A DNA stretch of 63,850 bases, the filler included, from Craspedostauros australis (lineage: Eukaryota): NCBI GenBank assembly GCA_030167865.1. It is 8 parts of 8 records of this genome, joined end to end, with 100 filler letters (N's around TTAATTAATTAA, not from the genome) between each part and the next. Parts side by side here need not be neighbours in the genome. Positions count along the whole stretch, not along the records: positions 60,257 to 63,850 come from JALAGF010005595.1; 7 more parts are not named here. One strand, 5' to 3'. The translations under genes and the position numbers were made by a program. Below, piece after piece: positions 60,257 to 63,850 of this stretch; positions within the stretch are counted from its first letter, which is position 1; every line of letters begins with the position of its first letter. The notes below the pieces were generated by a model. It saw only the letters and a list, made by a program, of their open reading frames with translations. It ran no database searches and was not told the DNA's origin.

Positions 60257-63200
60257 CTCTGCTCTTGCATTCCTCTGTTCTGCATGCATCGGATAGGATC
60301 TTTACATCTCTTCAGGTTCAACTGGTTTGGGTCAGTAGCTATCTCACAGTATCGTTCTTGTTTCATGGTACCTTGTATCTGATACCCAATACCTTGGTAC
60401 TTCTTTAGTTTCGTTTCTCGTTGAGCTATTCGCTCGTAATGTGACCATTTCATGGTCCGTGTTGGTTCAGGATACGATTCATACGCACAACTAAGCTCGA
60501 ACACGAGAGAGAGCTGTGCGGAATAAAGCATAATGCTAATAAGAAGTCCCATTTCGGCTTCTTTTTTGCCTGGTCGAATCCGCTGTAGTACAGTGACAAT
60601 GTCATTGCCGTTGATCGTGAATTGGTGTGTGCGTTCGCTACGCTGGATGCGCCGCTTGATTGCCTGGATTGCATGATTGGTCCATTGTAGCATCAGTTGC
60701 GATTGCCAATTGTGTTGTCCATGCCGAGTTGGTTTGTTTGCAATGATGTACCAAGCCACCAGCTCTGGATGGTCCACTCGAATGATGTCATATTGGAACC
60801 ATGTTCTTGTCTCCATTCCCTATTTGGAATTGAGGTGTAGGTGTCCATCGTGAAAGCTGTGTCCTGTGATGCTGGTGATTTCAGGTGTGTTCTTGTCGAC
60901 CTTATCGATTTGATTTTGGAACATCTCGTTGTGCTGTTGTTCTGCAAGAGTGCTTTGATGCCCCTGAGTCCGGTGCTCCAAAGGATCTAGCATGGGTACT
61001 GCCGCCAAATTATCNAGCTACTCAGAGACGTCGCCAGGTATTTGGCTGTCACCATTGTCATCACCGTCCAAGATCACATCTGCAGTGTCATTTCCGCTCG
61101 TGTCTTCGTCATGAGGCACAACATTTGACTGTCCAAACCATTGGTCCTCTAGTGAAGCTGTGTTTGCGTTGATCTCGATTTTCCTGACCCTCGTTGGACC
61201 AGGTTCCGGGATGCGAGCCGCCGCTCTTGGCCACACGGCAATCGCATCGATGGCCTATTGGACCTGTCGAGCGGGCTCAGCCGGTATTGTCTTTGCTCAT
61301 GCCCTGCCACCCGAAGCGCTGTTTGTGGTTGCGTCAATGAGGTTGAGCCTTGCGATTCGTTGTATGTCTCCATTGCTAATGTGCAGAGTGTCTGTGTATT
61401 CCAGAATACGCGGCTTGGCAATGTTGCACATGAGGACTGTGCCCCACTTGATATCCTTGTCTTGTGGCAACCAGATATGGTAAGTGAATGGATCCCCGTG
61501 AATTCACGCGATGCCCAGGATATAGCCCGGTTTGAATGGATGCTCAGGGAACTTTGTCATTGGCCCGAAGAACAACACAGGACGGAAGAAAGTGGATCGG
61601 AACATGGAAATGTCGGGCATGTTGCTATGGACAAGTTCAATNGGTGTCCTCCACTGGATGCTGCCCTTGTCCNTNTAGTCCCACACNTCGATGGCATGCT
61701 GCAATGCAAAACATCAGAATTCGAGTGGCGCGGATGCCGCCCATATCAACTGATAAGCATGCCACTTGATGTCGCCGATCATGCGTTCCGCTCTGTTCTG
61801 GTTCTGGTTCATGGGCGTAGTGAAGTAGTGCTTGATCATATGCTTGGATGTGTTTGCTTTCCAGGGCCTTTCCTGATTGGACCTGCAAGTTGTTGGACAC
61901 AAGGGTATCCAGTGCGTCGACATTGAGGATGAAGTCCATGAGCGCCCCTGGCGCCATTGCCTCTCTTTGGAGCGGCTTCGCCCAGATGAATTTTGNNNNN
62001 NNNNNNNNNNNNNNNNNNNNNNNNNNNNNNNNNNNNNNNNNNNNNTATTGACTCTGCCTTGGATTCATTGCGGCTGGAGCACTCCAGCTCATTGTGTTCG
62101 GTACTGCCATGGGATGAGTCGTGACTCTGCCTCGATTGGTCTGTCCGCCAGTTGGGTGGATGCCGCCATTGTCTTCTCAACAACCTGGTGTGGGAAGTGT
62201 TTGATCATGTCGGTGAAATGGATTCCCTGGTTATTCCGCCGAAGGCGCTGGTGTCGGTTGCATATCGTGACATGATTATTGAGTTTTAGCTCATGAGCTG
62301 TGAATTTCCAAATGGAGATGCGCAGGGTGTTGCCACCATGGTTGGCCCGTGGGATGCTGGTGTCACCTGATGCAATGCGCTGTTGCCCCTGGTGTTGGAT
62401 GAGGCAATTGAATACATTCAGTCCAGGCACGCGCATGTGATGTGTATTAAACAATGATTCCATCTGATGTGGGTGCTTATCCAGAGCCACATATTTTGCC
62501 TTGATGAGGATCACATCGCCTGTTGGAGATTCATATACTGCCACCGCGTCAACCATCTGGAATGCCTTGATTGGTGAGGCCATTGTTGCCCCGTGAGCAT
62601 GGAACGTCTGTTGGTGTTGTTGGGTTACCACCCATCCGGATTCATGTACAATGTCGCTGTCCACCCTTGAGTCAAACGATGTAGCCTTGGCTACTGCTTG
62701 TTGCTCTTGCCCTGCAAAGAAAGTGGTCGACAGTCGGGTGGGTTCCACTTGGCGCCAACTCTTGTAGTACCTCCAGGCGTGCACACCTGGGTCTTCTCTC
62801 CGCAGCTGCGCGCGTCTCCCCCTACAGTCGTGGGGCTTGATATGTATGATGATCTCCGACTGGCGGCGAGTTGTGTCTGTCATTGATTGTCACGAGCTGT
62901 TGTCGCATGGTCCGTATTCCTTTCCACTGCACGCTGGGGACACTTTGGTCCAGGCTCTCTTGTGAGATCTTCACATGGTGGGAAGTTGGAGGTTCTTTGC
63001 GTACTCCGCTGGTTTGAGGTTCTTGGGCGTGTCCTCGTTGATTGGCTTGCCGTGTTTGCGGAAGTAAAGCGCAGACTTCACGACGAGCACCTGCANNNNN
63101 NNNNNNNNNNNNNNNNNNNNNNNNNNNNNNNNNNNNNNNNNNNNNTGAGTCAAACGATGTAGCCTTGGCTACTGCTTGTTGCTCTTGCCCTGCAAAGAAA

Positions 63201-63850
63201 GTGGTCGACAGTCGGGTGGGTTCCACTTGGCGCCAACTCTTGTAGTACCTCCAGGCGTGCACACCTGGGTCTTCTCTCCGCAGCTGCGCGCGTCTCCCCC
63301 TACAGTCGTGGGGCTTGATATGTATGATGATCTCCGACTGGCGGCGAGTTGTGTCTGTCATTGATTGTCACGAGCTGTTGTCGCATGGTCCGTATTCCTT
63401 TCCACTGCACGNTGGGGACACTTTGGTCCAGGCTCTCTTGTGAGATCTTCACATGGTGGGAAGTTGGAGGTTCTTTGCGTACTCCGCTNGTTTGAGGTTC
63501 TTGGGCGTGTCCTCGTTGATTGGCTTGCCGTGTTTGCGGAAGTAAAGCGCAGACTTCACGACGAGCACCTGCATGTGGGTCAGAAGCCGGCAGAAGACGC
63601 TGTCCATCAGCAGGGACATTGCCGAGGGCCTTTGGTCCACCGTTGGCGCCTCGTAGCGACGCTTACAGTTGGTTTGCCTGTCCTTCTTCTGCTGTTAGCG
63701 CCGGTTGCACTGTGGGGATTGTTCGATCTTGGAGTTGGCGATGGAGCTGTCGTGCCTCATCAACTCATTGCGGATCCAGTCAAATGACTGATTGACGTTG
63801 TGAAGCCAAGAAATCTCACTCAAGAATTGTTTGTCATTGATGTTGGAAAA
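60257..63850 (-). mobile_element. Heavily degenerate CoDi-type copia gag/protease/integrase remnant
   Basis: Protease-like DSRVDSD..GW...VDAVAVY...ESLFNTHHMR..G; integrase-like ALMDFI...NQNRAERMI and PDISMFR..F..PV.F...KFPE...G.ILGIA. Many stops and frameshifts. Confidence 0.8.

Overview
Eukaryotic nuclear DNA, most likely from a diatom. This is inferred from CoDi-type Ty1/copia elements, a diatom-style CHASE-like hybrid histidine kinase and GT-AG introns. The window is not contiguous: eight pieces are joined by artificial 100-nt spacers (44N-TTAATTAATTAA-44N; linkers at 9659, 41269, 44674, 48300, 49865, 57666, 60201), and many 50-N gaps are flanked by duplicated overlaps. Pieces 1-3 are gene-rich: tandem SRPBCC-like paralogs, cyclin Y-like, adenine deaminase, a spliced SAM methyltransferase, a spliced CRAL-TRIO protein, a hybrid histidine kinase, AIM24, a 2OG-Fe(II) oxygenase, a ceramidase-like protein, a GDP-sugar transporter pseudogene and a carotenoid cleavage oxygenase. 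The rest is repeat-rich, with several copia elements, a 181-bp satellite and one spliced unknown gene. I found no tRNA, rRNA or CRISPR, and cannot demonstrate a new multi-gene system. The best unexplained signals are: a conserved multi-block non-coding cassette found both inside an LTR and upstream of a copia gag in opposite orientations; an extra domain plus an in-frame UGA at a copia gag/protease junction; a two-variant 181-bp satellite; a PLFAIQ-repeat linker in the kinase; and a TSD-flanked 5'-truncated LINE.
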